Positions 15,710 to 27,556 of a stretch of 64,000 nt of DNA are shown piece by piece. The DNA is from Albidovulum sp. Lineage in GTDB: Bacteria > Pseudomonadota > Alphaproteobacteria > Rhodobacterales > Rhodobacteraceae. The stretch lies in the NCBI RefSeq assembly GCF_008933605.1, contig NZ_WBUS01000001.1, forward strand, positions 18,939 to 82,938, read 5' to 3'. Under the pieces are notes generated by a model that made no database searches, was not told the origin of the DNA, and was given only the letters and a program-made list of their open reading frames with translations. Each line of letters starts with the position of its first letter. The first letter of the stretch is position 1. A program made the translations under genes and the position numbers.

Positions 15710-17126
15710 CGCGCTTCGGCGCCTTCCAGGCGCCAAAGCCGAAGCTCAAGAAATCCCGTCGGTAGATGTCCCGCACGAGGGCATCTAGGTCGCGGTCGTG
15801 GATCGCATCGAGCGGCACCGGCGCAGGGTCGGCGGGTGCGGCAGGCGGTGGCAGGGCCGCGATGCCGACGGTGTCGGCGAGGTAGCCCAGGTCCTCCGCA
15901 AGGCGGTCCTCGCGCACCAGGAGGTCGGGCGCGACGAACCCGGCGAGCCCGGCGACGAGCGACCACTGGGTGCCCCAGATCGCCTCCTGCCGGAGCCCGG
16001 TCTGGCCGGCGAGGTTGACCTTCACGAAGCCGAGGAAAGCCGCGAAGGCGGCCCGCCACTCCGCGGGCGTCATGCCGTCCGCCCCGCCGTCGGCCGGGAT
16101 CGGAACGGCGTAGTGCGCCCTCAGCCGACGGCGCAGGTCTGCGTGCTCCTCCGTCATCAGCACCGCCGCGAAGGCGTCGTGCACCCGCAGCAGCGGATGC
16201 CGCAGGACGGTGAAGCTGCGGTGACCGGTCGCGCCCCGTTTCCACTGGCGCAGCGTCTTCTGGGTGAAGCCCTCCTCCAGCCAGCCGGTGCCGAGTGCGG
16301 CAAGCCAGGCGCGTACATGCGCGTCGCGGAAGGGCGGCAGCGGCAGGTAGATCAGGGGCGCCCCCTTCGCCGCCACCGCGCGCGGAATGCCGGGGGCCCG
16401 GCGTGGCTCGAAATTCGGGGTGCGGGCAAGGCTCGCCCAGTCGATCCGCGCCAGCGCGTCCTCCATCTCGGGGAAGTTGCGCACCTTGTCGGCCATCTCC
16501 TCGGGGTTCTGGCGGACAAGGTCGGCCGAGATCGCTTCCACCCGGTCGTCGAGCCCGAGGTGGGCCAGCAGGCCGTTCACCACATCGACCCGCAGGGAAT
16601 CCTCGTAGTCGAGATAGAAGGCCGTCTGCCCGCTGACCTGAAGCGCGTTGAGGAGCCGGACCTGGAACGCCTGTCGTTCGGCGAGGAAGGCCTCGAACTC
16701 CGCGGGCTTGAAGGGCGGCTTCCAGACGATCCTGTCGATCACGTCGGTCAGCCGCCAGCGCTTGGTGTTATAGGCGATCTTGAGGCTGATGTAGCAATCG
16801 ACCGGGTTGCGGGTCAGCACGATCTTGGCGCAGCGCGGATCGGTCAGGATCGCGTCGAGAACCCGGGGCTCGTGGTCGAAGAAGAACCGGAAGCCGTTCA
16901 GCCCGGGCGCGGTCCGCACCCGGTCCAGCAGTACGGACGGATTGGCGATGCGGTCGGCCATCGTCACGCCGAGCACCTCTGCCACGGCCGGGCCGCCGAG
17001 GTGGTCGGGGTTGAAGATCTCGCCATGGCAGGCGATGCCCGGAACCTGCGCCAGCGTCGCCTCCAGAAGGTTCGACCCGGTGCGCATCTCGGCGAAGATC
17101 ACGAAGCTGTCGAAGCGACGGTCCAC
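15678..17126 (-). CDS. two-part sulfotransferase-like protein (NodH-like N-terminal half)
   Basis: 482 aa. FVIFAEMRTGSNLLEATLAQVPGIACHGEIFNP resembles the NodH PAPS-binding N-terminus. In the second half, FTVLRHPLLRVHDAF resembles a sulfotransferase-2-type motif. Its 3' end overlaps the ptsN 3' end by 32 nt, convergently. Confidence 0.6.
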   Translation of the reverse strand: MDRRFDSFVIFAEMRTGSNLLEATLAQVPGIACHGEIFNPDHLGGPAVAEVLGVTMADRIANPSVLLDRVRTAPGLNGFRFFFDHEPRVLDAILTDPRCAKIVLTRNPVDCYISLKIAYNTKRWRLTDVIDRIVWKPPFKPAEFEAFLAERQAFQVRLLNALQVSGQTAFYLDYEDSLRVDVVNGLLAHLGLDDRVEAISADLVRQNPEEMADKVRNFPEMEDALARIDWASLARTPNFEPRRAPGIPRAVAAKGAPLIYLPLPPFRDAHVRAWLAALGTGWLEEGFTQKTLRQWKRGATGHRSFTVLRHPLLRVHDAFAAVLMTEEHADLRRRLRAHYAVPIPADGGADGMTPAEWRAAFAAFLGFVKVNLAGQTGLRQEAIWGTQWSLVAGLAGFVAPDLLVREDRLAEDLGYLADTVGIAALPPPAAPADPAPVPLDAIHDRDLDALVRDIYRRDFLSFGFGAWKAPKRVRRPDSTAPR

Positions 17127-17137
17127 GCGCCGGCCTC

Positions 17138-18841
17138 CTAGCGCACGAGGTAGGGCCGACCACGGTCGCGGGCCGGCGGCTGCGGCTCATCCGTCATGGC
17201 GAAATCGCCCATCAGGGTCGGCATCATCCCCTGGTTCTTGAGGTTCTGCAGGAACTGACCGAAACCCGTGAGGTCCACGAGCTTCGGCGCCTCGGTCACG
17301 GGTCGCACGGAGCGCGGGCTGATCTCGTCCAGGATGGCCTGCAGCGGTTCCATCGGGTTCTCGATGAACTCCGCCATCGTCCAGATGCGGACGCGCGCCT
17401 TTACGTACATGGTGCGCAGGATCTTCAGGTGCTCCGTCTCGATGCGTTGCAGCCGCGCTGCTTCCCTCCGGATGTCTGAGAAATTCCGGTTGGCACGCGA
17501 CAGCGGCACCGCCCAGGTGCCGGAGACGACCGATATCTGGGCGTTGGAGTCGGTGGCCATGAACCAGTTGCAGTCCTGGTTGTCGCGCGGGCTGAATTGA
17601 AAGCACTGACGTTCGCCGCGGGTATTCCAGATGAGGTTGGTCAGGAAAGCCTTCGGATTGTAGTCCCTGAGCGCCGCGCTGTCGGATAGCGCGCCGTTGA
17701 ACACCGTCTCGCCGCCGGCGAACTCGGCCCTTCCGGGGGCGAAGAGATGGCCATGGACGCGGCCGCCGACGGACTTCGACAGCCAGATGTCGAAATTCTC
17801 GAAAAGATCGGAAAAGCCGTGGAACACGGAATAGGGCGCGCCGGTCTTGCCGTTCTCGTGGTTCTGCACCGGAAACCGGCTTTGCATGTAGAGGCCCGCG
17901 CGTCCGCGCGTCCTCCGCTCGACCGCCTTGGCGAAGAGCCGGTCGATCTTGCCGGGATTGGGTTCGGCCCGGGGCCCGCCCGGAGCCTGCGGGGCGAGGA
18001 AGGTGCGGTAGAGCCGATCCGCCTGCGGCCAGGCCTTGCGGGCGACGAAGCAGTCAGACCGGCGCAGAAGCTGGAGGTGGTCGTCGTAGAACGTGTGGGG
18101 CTTGCCCTGCACGTCGAACTTCGCCAGCGTAAGCGACCGGCTCTCGATCCGGGTGGAGTAGAGCCTTGCAAGGGTCTGGAAATAGCTTTCGTCGGGGATC
18201 CAGACGCGGCGGAAATAGGCGTCGTGCTCGGCCCTGTCGGGGTCCTCGAGGATGGCGGACAGGGTCCTGCGGGTCAGGCACCACCACTGGCTGCCGAGAT
18301 GGGGCACAAGGCCCTTCGGGACCGAGCGGCGGAACCCGATGCGGCGTTGCGCGCGTACGTAGAGGTCGAAAAGCCGGCGTTGCTTGCGCCACGAAAAGGG
18401 GAAGCGAAGCGTGAAGCGTTCCTCGGCCAGGCCGCCGACGGTCCAGGTGACATCGGCGGTGGTGACGCTTTCGATGAAGTCGGTCTGGGGTCGCGCATCG
18501 AGGTAGTCGATGAGTTCCTCCACCGGGCGGAGCGGCAGGCACGCGCCCGAGGCGAGGAAGACGTGGCGGACGTCCGGATGGCCGGCCAGGAGCCGGGTTG
18601 CGGCCGCCTGCGTCGCGGCGACGAGAGACCAGGTGCCCCAGTCGCAGGCATAGCGGCTGGAAAAGCTGATGATATCTATGTCGGCCAGGTCCTCGACAAG
18701 CCGGCGGTAATCCACCGCCGCGGTCCGACGGTCCACATGGATCACGACCGGGCAACCGGCCGCAGCCCAGAACCGCGCGACCTCCGCCGCCCGGTTGAGC
18801 GCCGTATGGCAGAGCATCACGAAACCGAGAGGCGCGGTCAT
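17138..18841 (-). CDS. glycosyltransferase family 14-like (core-2/I-branching type) protein with C-terminal extension
   Basis: Start chosen at MTAPLGFVMLCHTALNRAAEVARFW (ATG 18839-18841), which overlaps the upstream stop by 4 nt. The family call comes from memory of similar Rhodobacterales proteins. Confidence 0.55.
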   Translation of the reverse strand: MTAPLGFVMLCHTALNRAAEVARFWAAAGCPVVIHVDRRTAAVDYRRLVEDLADIDIISFSSRYACDWGTWSLVAATQAAATRLLAGHPDVRHVFLASGACLPLRPVEELIDYLDARPQTDFIESVTTADVTWTVGGLAEERFTLRFPFSWRKQRRLFDLYVRAQRRIGFRRSVPKGLVPHLGSQWWCLTRRTLSAILEDPDRAEHDAYFRRVWIPDESYFQTLARLYSTRIESRSLTLAKFDVQGKPHTFYDDHLQLLRRSDCFVARKAWPQADRLYRTFLAPQAPGGPRAEPNPGKIDRLFAKAVERRTRGRAGLYMQSRFPVQNHENGKTGAPYSVFHGFSDLFENFDIWLSKSVGGRVHGHLFAPGRAEFAGGETVFNGALSDSAALRDYNPKAFLTNLIWNTRGERQCFQFSPRDNQDCNWFMATDSNAQISVVSGTWAVPLSRANRNFSDIRREAARLQRIETEHLKILRTMYVKARVRIWTMAEFIENPMEPLQAILDEISPRSVRPVTEAPKLVDLTGFGQFLQNLKNQGMMPTLMGDFAMTDEPQPPARDRGRPYLVR

Positions 18842-19863
18842 GCCCAGTTCCCCTTTGACATGAGGCCGAGAATCTCGAGTTGCCGCCAGTTGATGTATTT
18901 TTCCGACCACTTGCACCAGAGGTCGCCGTTGTCCTTCAGCGTCTCGGCATAGGCGATGTACTCCCGGCTCTGGGCGAAATGCTCGCGCCGCTCCAGTTCC
19001 TCCGCGACCTTGGCGGTGAAGGGCGACAGGAACTTGGCGTGAAGCAGGCATCCCGATGCCCGCTCACCGCCCCATTCGTCGTAGACGAGATTCAATCCCC
19101 GCGGCAGGAGCATGTGGGTCGAGCTGACGAAGCAGTAGGACCAGTGCCATTTCACCAGCGGTATCTTGTTCAGGGAAGGCGCCTCGCGCGGGCGGTCGGC
19201 GAACATGGTCCGCGCCCGGGGCCCGCCCTGGATCCACAGGTTGCCGAAGGTCGGGTTGCGCGAGATCATGTAGTTGCCGCTGTCGAACCAGTTCGCGACC
19301 TCGAACGGGTTCGCGCCTTCACGATAGGGCTCGGCGTCGATGGGGCCTTTGGGATACATGTCCACGACCATTGCCGGGAAGCTGCGCCGGGTCGAGATAT
19401 CGAGCCAGTCGGTCAGGGCGCGGATCGGCCGGGTGTCGCAGAAGGGATAGATGAAGAACTCGTCCACGTCGACGGCAAGGATCCAGTGGCCGCGCCCGTG
19501 GCGCATCAGGAGCCAGTTCATCCAGTCCGCGCCATAGCGCGACCCGCGATAGCTTGCCCGCGTCGTCCAGAGCGACACGTCAGCCTCCGCGGCCAGATGC
19601 TCGCGCGATCCGTCGTCCGACCCGTTGTCGACCACGAGGAAGTGGCTGATCCCGAGATTGCGGTAGTAGCGCAGGAAGAAGGGCAGACGAACCCGCTCGT
19701 TGCGCAGGACGGTGACCAGAAGGATCGCGTCCCGACCGATTGTGGCAGTGCGGTCGGCGGCGGGCGTCAGTTCACGCCGCTTGCGGAATGCACGAAACCG
19801 AAGCCGCTTGCGCCGAAGTCTCAGCCGGTAGCGTTCCCAAAGGCGCATACGGTCCTTTCGCAC
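18838..19863 (-). CDS. glycosyltransferase family 2-like protein
   Basis: 341 aa. ILLVTVLRNERVRLPFFLRYYRNLGISHFLVVDNGSDDGS and VDVDEF are GT-A fold DxD-type motifs. Confidence 0.65.
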   Translation of the reverse strand: MRKDRMRLWERYRLRLRRKRLRFRAFRKRRELTPAADRTATIGRDAILLVTVLRNERVRLPFFLRYYRNLGISHFLVVDNGSDDGSREHLAAEADVSLWTTRASYRGSRYGADWMNWLLMRHGRGHWILAVDVDEFFIYPFCDTRPIRALTDWLDISTRRSFPAMVVDMYPKGPIDAEPYREGANPFEVANWFDSGNYMISRNPTFGNLWIQGGPRARTMFADRPREAPSLNKIPLVKWHWSYCFVSSTHMLLPRGLNLVYDEWGGERASGCLLHAKFLSPFTAKVAEELERREHFAQSREYIAYAETLKDNGDLWCKWSEKYINWRQLEILGLMSKGNWA

Positions 19864-20040
19864 TCCCTGTCCGGGTCGCCGGACAGGCCATCATCACGAT
19901 CCTAACACAGCCTAGAGGCACAGGAACTGGCCCGCGGTCAAGGTTCTTGATGTTGCGGCCTTCCCCGCGTTCGAAAACCGCAACCCGGGGCGCAGGATTG
20001 ACACTTTTCGCGCCATGGGCACGCCCCTCGCCGCGGCGGT

Positions 20041-21030
20041 TCAAGCCTCGTAGCGGCCCGTCTGGTGCCAGCGCCATGCGTCGGCAATCATCGTCGCCAG
20101 GGTGGAGCGCCCGGGCTTCCAGCCGAGCTCGCTCCGCGCACGTTCGCTGCCGCAGACGAGAGATACCGCGTCGCCGGGACGACGGTCGCCCCATACGACG
20201 GGCACTTCGCGGTTGGTCACGATCCGCGATTGCGCGATCACCTCGCGGACGGTGAAGCCCGTGCCGGTGCCAAGGCAGAAGACGCGGTTCCCGCGCCCGG
20301 ATTCCAGCCACCGCAGGCCCGCGACATGGGCATCGACGAGATCGGCGACATGCACATAATCGCGCACGCAGGTCCCGTCCCTGGTGGGATAATCCGTGCC
20401 GAAGACCGTCAGTGCCGGCCGCTTGCCGTCGATCGCGTCGAGCATCAGCGGGATCAGGTGCGTTTCCGGCCGGTGGAATTCACCGACCTCGCCCTCGGGG
20501 TCGGCCCCGGCGACGTTGAAGTAACGGAAGATGACGGAGTTGAGCCCATGGCTGGCGGAGAAATCGCCGAGCATCTGCTCGATCGCCATTTTCGACTTGC
20601 CATAGGCATTGAGCGGCGACTGCGCGGTGTCCTCGTCGAGCACCACGCCATCCCGGTCGCCGTAGGTGGCGCAGGTTGACGAGAAGACGAAATCCCGGCA
20701 GCCGGCGGCCAGCGCGGCCTCGATAAGGTTCAGCGCGCCGGTCACGTTCACGCGCCAGTAGATGCCCGGATCGCGCATGGCGTCGCCCACGAGGCTGATC
20801 GCGGCGAAGTGCATCACCGCTGCCGGCTGCCATTGTGCAAAGACCTCGGCAAGTCTTGCCGGATCGGCGAGATCGCCATGCTCGAAGGGCCCGAACCGCA
20901 CCGCATCGCGCCATCCGGTGGAAAGATTGTCGAACGTCACGGGAAGGTAGCCCGCAGCTTTCAGCGCCTTGCACGCGTGCGAGCCGATGTAACCCGCCCC
21001 CCCGGTGACGAGAACGGTGCGGTCGGTCAT
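20041..21030 (-). CDS. galE: UDP-glucose 4-epimerase
   Basis: 329 aa. VLVTGGAGYIGSH and the YGKSK catalytic motif. Confidence 0.92.
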   Translation of the reverse strand: MTDRTVLVTGGAGYIGSHACKALKAAGYLPVTFDNLSTGWRDAVRFGPFEHGDLADPARLAEVFAQWQPAAVMHFAAISLVGDAMRDPGIYWRVNVTGALNLIEAALAAGCRDFVFSSTCATYGDRDGVVLDEDTAQSPLNAYGKSKMAIEQMLGDFSASHGLNSVIFRYFNVAGADPEGEVGEFHRPETHLIPLMLDAIDGKRPALTVFGTDYPTRDGTCVRDYVHVADLVDAHVAGLRWLESGRGNRVFCLGTGTGFTVREVIAQSRIVTNREVPVVWGDRRPGDAVSLVCGSERARSELGWKPGRSTLATMIADAWRWHQTGRYEA

Positions 21031-21036
21031 CTTGCG

Positions 21037-21930
21037 CTATTCGGCTGCTTTGCGGACCGAAACCATCTCGTGCAGGAAGGCCGCAAACTCATCGTGAAGA
21101 TCGTCGCGGGCGAGCCCGAAGGCGACGGTCGCCTGAAGGAAGCCGGCCTTCGATCCGCAGTCGAACCGCTGGCCACGGAAGCGGAAGCCATAGACGTTGT
21201 TGGCTGCGGCGATCTCGGCCGCGATGGCGTCGGTCAGCTGGATCTCGCCCGCGGCACCGGACTTCTTCCTGTTGAGGTTGTCCATGATCTTCGGCGTCAG
21301 GATGTAGCGCCCGATCACGGCGAGATTCGACGGCGCCTCGTGGGGCTTGGGCTTTTCGATCATGCCGCTGACGGCAACCAGCGCACCCATGTCTTCGCGG
21401 ATGTCGAGGACACCGTAGGACGAAGCCTTTTCGGCCGGCACTTCCATGGCTGCCACCATGTTGCCGCCCGTCTCGGCGTAGGCCTCCATCATCTGCTGCA
21501 GGCAGGGCTTTTCTGCGGCGATCACGTCGTCGGGCAGGATCACGGCGAAGGGCTCGTCCGCGATGAGCCGGCGCGCGCACCAGACGGCGTGGCCGAGGCC
21601 GAGCGCCTTCTGCTGGCGGATATAGGCGATCGCGCCCGATTCCATGTTGGTCATCTTGAGGAGCTCGAGGAGGTCCTTCTTGCCCTTGCGGCGAAGCTCG
21701 GCTTCCACCACGGGGGCGGCGTCGAAATAGTCCTCCAGCGCAGACTTGCCGCGCGAGGTCACGAAGATGAATTCCTTAATGCCGGCCGCACGGGCCTCGT
21801 CGATCGCGTACTGGATGAGCGGACGGTCGACGAGCGTCATGATCTCTTTCGGGATCGACTTTGTTGCAGGCAGAAAGCGCGTCCCCAGTCCTGCCACCGG
21901 GAAAATGGCCTTCGTCACCTTGCGCTTCAT
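21037..21930 (-). CDS. galU: UTP--glucose-1-phosphate uridylyltransferase
   Basis: KAIFPVAGLGTRFLPATKSIPKEIM. Start chosen at MKRKV (ATG at 21930, with ggtgag upstream). An alternative ATG lies at 21957. Confidence 0.9.
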   Translation of the reverse strand: MKRKVTKAIFPVAGLGTRFLPATKSIPKEIMTLVDRPLIQYAIDEARAAGIKEFIFVTSRGKSALEDYFDAAPVVEAELRRKGKKDLLELLKMTNMESGAIAYIRQQKALGLGHAVWCARRLIADEPFAVILPDDVIAAEKPCLQQMMEAYAETGGNMVAAMEVPAEKASSYGVLDIREDMGALVAVSGMIEKPKPHEAPSNLAVIGRYILTPKIMDNLNRKKSGAAGEIQLTDAIAAEIAAANNVYGFRFRGQRFDCGSKAGFLQATVAFGLARDDLHDEFAAFLHEMVSVRKAAE

Positions 21931-22201
21931 GATCTCACCATCCGTTTCGGTCGTCATGCGACCGTGTAACCCGACCTGATGCCACATCCTAGGTGGCGGC
22001 CCTCGCCTAGCACAAACATAAGACGAATTAATGTTTGAACAGGGGGGAAAACGCCGAAATTTGAATCGCTTCGGCAACGGTATGCCTAACTCGCACCACA
22101 TTGTAGTCTGGATTACCGGAACAGACCGTAATCTGAGCGCGAATCTCCCTAAAGTCGCCGCCGAGGCGAAAGCGGGACAGAGAGCGCCGGCGGGTTTCCC
22201 G

Positions 22202-23002
22202 TCAGTTCATTCCCATCGCGGCGAGCATGGCCTCGATTCGCGGCACGTCCTCCGGGTTGTTCAACTCCCAGAACTGCCGGCCGCGGGCGGCGACCTCGAC
22301 GCAGAGAACCGGGCGGCCCTGTTCGAGGAACCGGAGCTGTTCGAGCCCCTCGAGCGTCTCGAGCGGCCCAATGTCCCAGCCCGGATAGGCGGCAAGCGCC
22401 GCAGGGCGGTAGGCGTAGACCCCGACATGGTGGAACACGGGGGTGTCCGCGTCATCGGCATAGCTCATACCGGTGTAGGGGATGACCTCCTTGGAGAAGT
22501 AGAGCGCGTGCCGGCCGGCACCGAAGACGGCGGTCGTGCCGCCAACACGGCCGGCGCGGCGGTCCGCAAGCAGCCCGTTCAGCGCATGCCCGTCACAGCG
22601 CAGGACCGGCGTCGCGATCTCGGCCTGCGGGTCGGCACGAAGGGCGGCGACAAGCTCCTCCACGAACCAGTGCGGGGTCAAGGGCGCATCGCCCTGCAGG
22701 TTCACGACGATCTCGTAGTGGCCGCCGACCGCCACGTGCGCCTCTGCGCAGCGCTCGGTTCCGTTACGGCAGGTGGTCGACGTCATGACGACCTCCGCCC
22801 CGAAGCCTTCGGCCTCGGTCCTGATACGGTCGTCGTCCGTCGCGACGACAACGCGGTCCACGCCAGTCACGGCCGTTGCGGCCTCCCAGCTTCGCCGGAT
22901 CAGGCTGCGCGCCTGCCCATCCGCGCCGCGAAGCGCGACGAGCGGTTTTCCCGGGTAGCGGGTAGAGGCATAGCGGGCGGGAACGACGACAAGAACAGAC
23001 AC
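22202..23002 (-). CDS. kdsB: 3-deoxy-manno-octulosonate cytidylyltransferase (CMP-Kdo synthetase)
   Basis: 266 aa starting VVVPARYASTRYPGKPL. GTG start overlaps the cysQ stop by 1 nt. Confidence 0.88.
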   Translation of the reverse strand: MSVLVVVPARYASTRYPGKPLVALRGADGQARSLIRRSWEAATAVTGVDRVVVATDDDRIRTEAEGFGAEVVMTSTTCRNGTERCAEAHVAVGGHYEIVVNLQGDAPLTPHWFVEELVAALRADPQAEIATPVLRCDGHALNGLLADRRAGRVGGTTAVFGAGRHALYFSKEVIPYTGMSYADDADTPVFHHVGVYAYRPAALAAYPGWDIGPLETLEGLEQLRFLEQGRPVLCVEVAARGRQFWELNNPEDVPRIEAMLAAMGMN

Positions 23003-23850
23003 TATTTCACCAGAAGTACGCCCGGAGCATAGGCGATGAAGAAGGGGTTTTCAAACCCAGCCTTGCCGTAGGTGAGGGTGACATGGTCGTCAAACCGCAC
23101 CACTTCGCCGCCTGCTCCGCGCAGGACCGCGTCACCGGCGGCAGTGTCCCATTCCATCGTCCGGCCGAGACGCGGATAGAGGTCGGCCTCGCCCGTGGCC
23201 ACGAGACAGAACTTCAGGCTCGATCCCGCGCTCGTCATGTCGCGCACGGCGTAGCGTGCGATGTAGTCGTCCGTTGCCTGGTCGCGGTGCGATTTCGACG
23301 CGACGACCATCAGCGCGCGGTTGTCGGGCACCGAGACGCCGACCGGACGCTGCACGCCCGGGGCGTCCTTGTCGAAGGGCCCGTCCTCCTCCACAGAGCG
23401 GCCGTCGGGGAGCGTATAGAAGAGCCGTCCCTTGGCGGGGGCAAACACGACGCCGCGCAGCGGAACGCCGTCCTCGACATAGGCGATATTGACGGTGAAG
23501 TCTCCGCGCCGCTGGACGAATTCCTTGGTGCCATCGAGGGGATCCACGATCAGGAAGGTGGTGACCGCTTGCGCGTGCGTGGCCGCCTGTTCCTCGGTCA
23601 CGAGCGGGATCTGCGGAAACGCTTCGGCGAGGCCCTCCGAGATCAACGCATCCGCCGCCTCGTCAGCTTCGGTGACCGGGCTCGCGTCCGACTTCGCGCG
23701 CACCTCGAAATCGGGCGCGTCGTAGATCTGCATGATCCTCTCGCCGGCGTCGAGGGCGAGACGGCGCATCACGTGGGTCAGATGGTCGAAGTCCAAGTCA
23801 GGCTCCTCCTCGCGCGGGCGCCGCTGGCGGCGTTGATCGGCGGAACGCAT
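23002..23850 (-). CDS. cysQ: 3'(2'),5'-bisphosphate nucleotidase (inositol monophosphatase family)
   Basis: SPVTEADEAADALI, FLIVDPLDGTKEF and WDTAAGDAVL are IMPase/CysQ motifs. Start set at ATG 23848-23850. The exact start is uncertain, and the longer 547-aa track ORF is rejected. Confidence 0.8.
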   Translation of the reverse strand: MRSADQRRQRRPREEEPDLDFDHLTHVMRRLALDAGERIMQIYDAPDFEVRAKSDASPVTEADEAADALISEGLAEAFPQIPLVTEEQAATHAQAVTTFLIVDPLDGTKEFVQRRGDFTVNIAYVEDGVPLRGVVFAPAKGRLFYTLPDGRSVEEDGPFDKDAPGVQRPVGVSVPDNRALMVVASKSHRDQATDDYIARYAVRDMTSAGSSLKFCLVATGEADLYPRLGRTMEWDTAAGDAVLRGAGGEVVRFDDHVTLTYGKAGFENPFFIAYAPGVLLVK

Positions 23851-23937
23851 CTCCTTATGATCGCGGGGTAAAGGAACGGCAAGGTTTGCCTGCGAAAAAT
23901 CGGGCGGCGCGAGCGGGATCGGCGGACGGCACGGGCG

Positions 23938-24759
23938 ATGTTCAGAGTCGAGACACGGAAATCCGGGCTGAACTCGGCGCTTGCGATCCTTGACCTCATC
24001 TTCCATTCGACAGTCCGCGCGATCCGCCGGGGACATCGTCACGCATTGCTTGGGCTTCTCAGCAACGTCCTCCAGACGCTCATCTTCATCGGAGTCTTCT
24101 ACGCGATGATGACGCTCTTGGGGATGCGGTCGGCGGCGATCCGCGGCGATTTCGTCCTCTATCTGATGTCCGGCATCTTCCTCTTCATGACCAACGTGAA
24201 GGCGATGGGCGCGGTCGCCGGGTCCGAGGGCCCGACCTCGGCGATGATGCTCCACGCTCCGATGAACACCGCCATTGCGATGAGTTCGGCGGCGCTCGCG
24301 GCGCTTTACATCCAGGTACTGTCGATCATCGTCGTGCTTGGCGGCTACCACATCGCGGTGACGCCGGTGCACATCCACGATCCGGTGGGCGCCATGGGGA
24401 TGGTGCTTCTGGCCTGGGCCAACGGATTTGCCACCGGGATGGTCGTTCTGGCCGTGAAGCCCTGGTGGCCGGCAGGTGCCGGTGTTGCCCAGACCGTCTA
24501 CAGCCGCGCCAACATGATCGCGTCCGGAAAGATGTTCGTGGCCAACACGCTCAGCTACACGATGTTGAAGGTCTTCGACTGGAACCCCTTGTTCCATATC
24601 ATCGACCAGGCGCGCGGCTTCGCGTTCATCAATTACAACCCGCACAATTCATCGATGATGTACCCGGTCTACGTGACGCTCGTCCTCTTTGCGATCGGGC
24701 TCATCGGCGAATACCACACCCGCAAGCATGCCTCGGTGAGCTGGGGGGCAGGGCGCTAG
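23938..24759 (+). CDS. ABC-2 type polysaccharide export permease (KpsM-like)
   Basis: 273 aa with multiple hydrophobic helices and an ABC-2 permease pattern. It sits next to kdsB and cysQ. Confidence 0.7.
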   Translation: MFRVETRKSGLNSALAILDLIFHSTVRAIRRGHRHALLGLLSNVLQTLIFIGVFYAMMTLLGMRSAAIRGDFVLYLMSGIFLFMTNVKAMGAVAGSEGPTSAMMLHAPMNTAIAMSSAALAALYIQVLSIIVVLGGYHIAVTPVHIHDPVGAMGMVLLAWANGFATGMVVLAVKPWWPAGAGVAQTVYSRANMIASGKMFVANTLSYTMLKVFDWNPLFHIIDQARGFAFINYNPHNSSMMYPVYVTLVLFAIGLIGEYHTRKHASVSWGAGR

Positions 24760-25406
24760 TCGACGACCCGGAGGGTGAGGTTGATCCGCCCGCCCTTGGG
24801 CAGGAGCGTCGAGGTGCCGGCGCCGACCCTGTCGACCCCGTGGTATGCGAGCCGCGCGGCACCGCCGAGAACCAGCACGTCGCCTGACCGCAGCCAGACG
24901 GTTTCGGTCGGCGCGCTTCGCTCGGTCCCGCCGATACGGAAGCGTGCGTCGTCGCCGAGGCTGATGGAGAGGACCGGCCAGCGGAAGTCGGCCTCGTCCC
25001 GGTCCTGGTGCAGGCCCATCCTCGCACCATCGCGGTAGAAGTTCACGAGGCAGCAGTCCGGCATTCGCTCGGCGTCCACGATCGCACGCCAGATCGCCAG
25101 GACCCGGTCCGGGATTGGCGGCCATGACGTGCCGGAGGGGTGGCGATCGACGTAGCGGTAGCCCCTGCGGTCCGAATACCAGCCATACCTGCCCGCCGAG
25201 GTCATCCGGACGGACATGGGCTTGCCCCAGGGGGTGAGCGGCGAGAAGAGCGGGGCCGCCTCCACGACCTCGCGGATGTCGGCGACGATCGCGGCCTGCG
25301 CATCCGGGCCGAGCCAGCCGGCATGGAGCGACGCCCCCCGCACCTCGGCCGTGGGCCGGGGTGCAACGGCCCCGGTGGCCTGCGTCCAATCCTTCGGATT
25401 TTCCAT
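24756..25406 (-). CDS. alkB: alpha-ketoglutarate-dependent dioxygenase AlkB
   Basis: 216 aa. LVNFYRDGARMGLHQDRDE (HxD motif) and INLTLR near the C-terminus. Confidence 0.88.
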   Translation of the reverse strand: MENPKDWTQATGAVAPRPTAEVRGASLHAGWLGPDAQAAIVADIREVVEAAPLFSPLTPWGKPMSVRMTSAGRYGWYSDRRGYRYVDRHPSGTSWPPIPDRVLAIWRAIVDAERMPDCCLVNFYRDGARMGLHQDRDEADFRWPVLSISLGDDARFRIGGTERSAPTETVWLRSGDVLVLGGAARLAYHGVDRVGAGTSTLLPKGGRINLTLRVVD

Positions 25407-25438
25407 GGGTTTGCCCCGACTTTTGCCCGCTCCCGACG

Positions 25439-25468
25439 CTTGCAGCGTCCCTGACCCCTCCTTATATA
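25439..25468 (+). promoter_or_regulatory. sigma32 (RpoH)-type heat-shock promoter candidate for dnaKJ
   Basis: CTTGCAG at 25439-25445, a 14-nt gap, then CCTTATATA (25460-25468). This resembles the CTTG...CCTATNT heat-shock consensus. It lies about 100 nt upstream of the dnaK ATG. Confidence 0.5.
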
Positions 25469-25570
25469 CCCGACGAACCGGCCGGACGACCCGGCCAGTG
25501 TCAAGGGATCGGGGCCAGGGGCCGCAATCGGACCTGACCCCAGCACATCGCCGAAGGAAAGGTTACACAT

Positions 25571-27484
<1,914 letters not shown>

Positions 27485-27556
27485 CGCGACCGGAACCAAG
27501 GGGCCGGCCTGACCTTGGGTCGGGCCGGCCCGCGCGTTCCCCCCAAGGGGCAGCAG

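Noticed and set aside
23851-24645. N-terminal 265-aa extension of the cysQ reading frame (547-aa track ORF)
   Set aside because: The extension is His/Arg/Asp-rich, lies antisense to the KpsM-like permease gene and has no homology to CysQ. CysQ-like sequence starts only near 23850.
24756-24759. kpsM-like and alkB convergent genes share a palindromic CTAG containing both stop codons
   Set aside because: It is real but trivial: a 4-nt tail-to-tail overlap with no evident functional implication.
27485-27556. GC-rich near-palindromes (ggggccggcc and gggccggccc) between dnaK and dnaJ
   Set aside because: This is probably an ordinary intra-operon attenuator or stabiliser hairpin, common between dnaK and dnaJ. 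It is not unusual.
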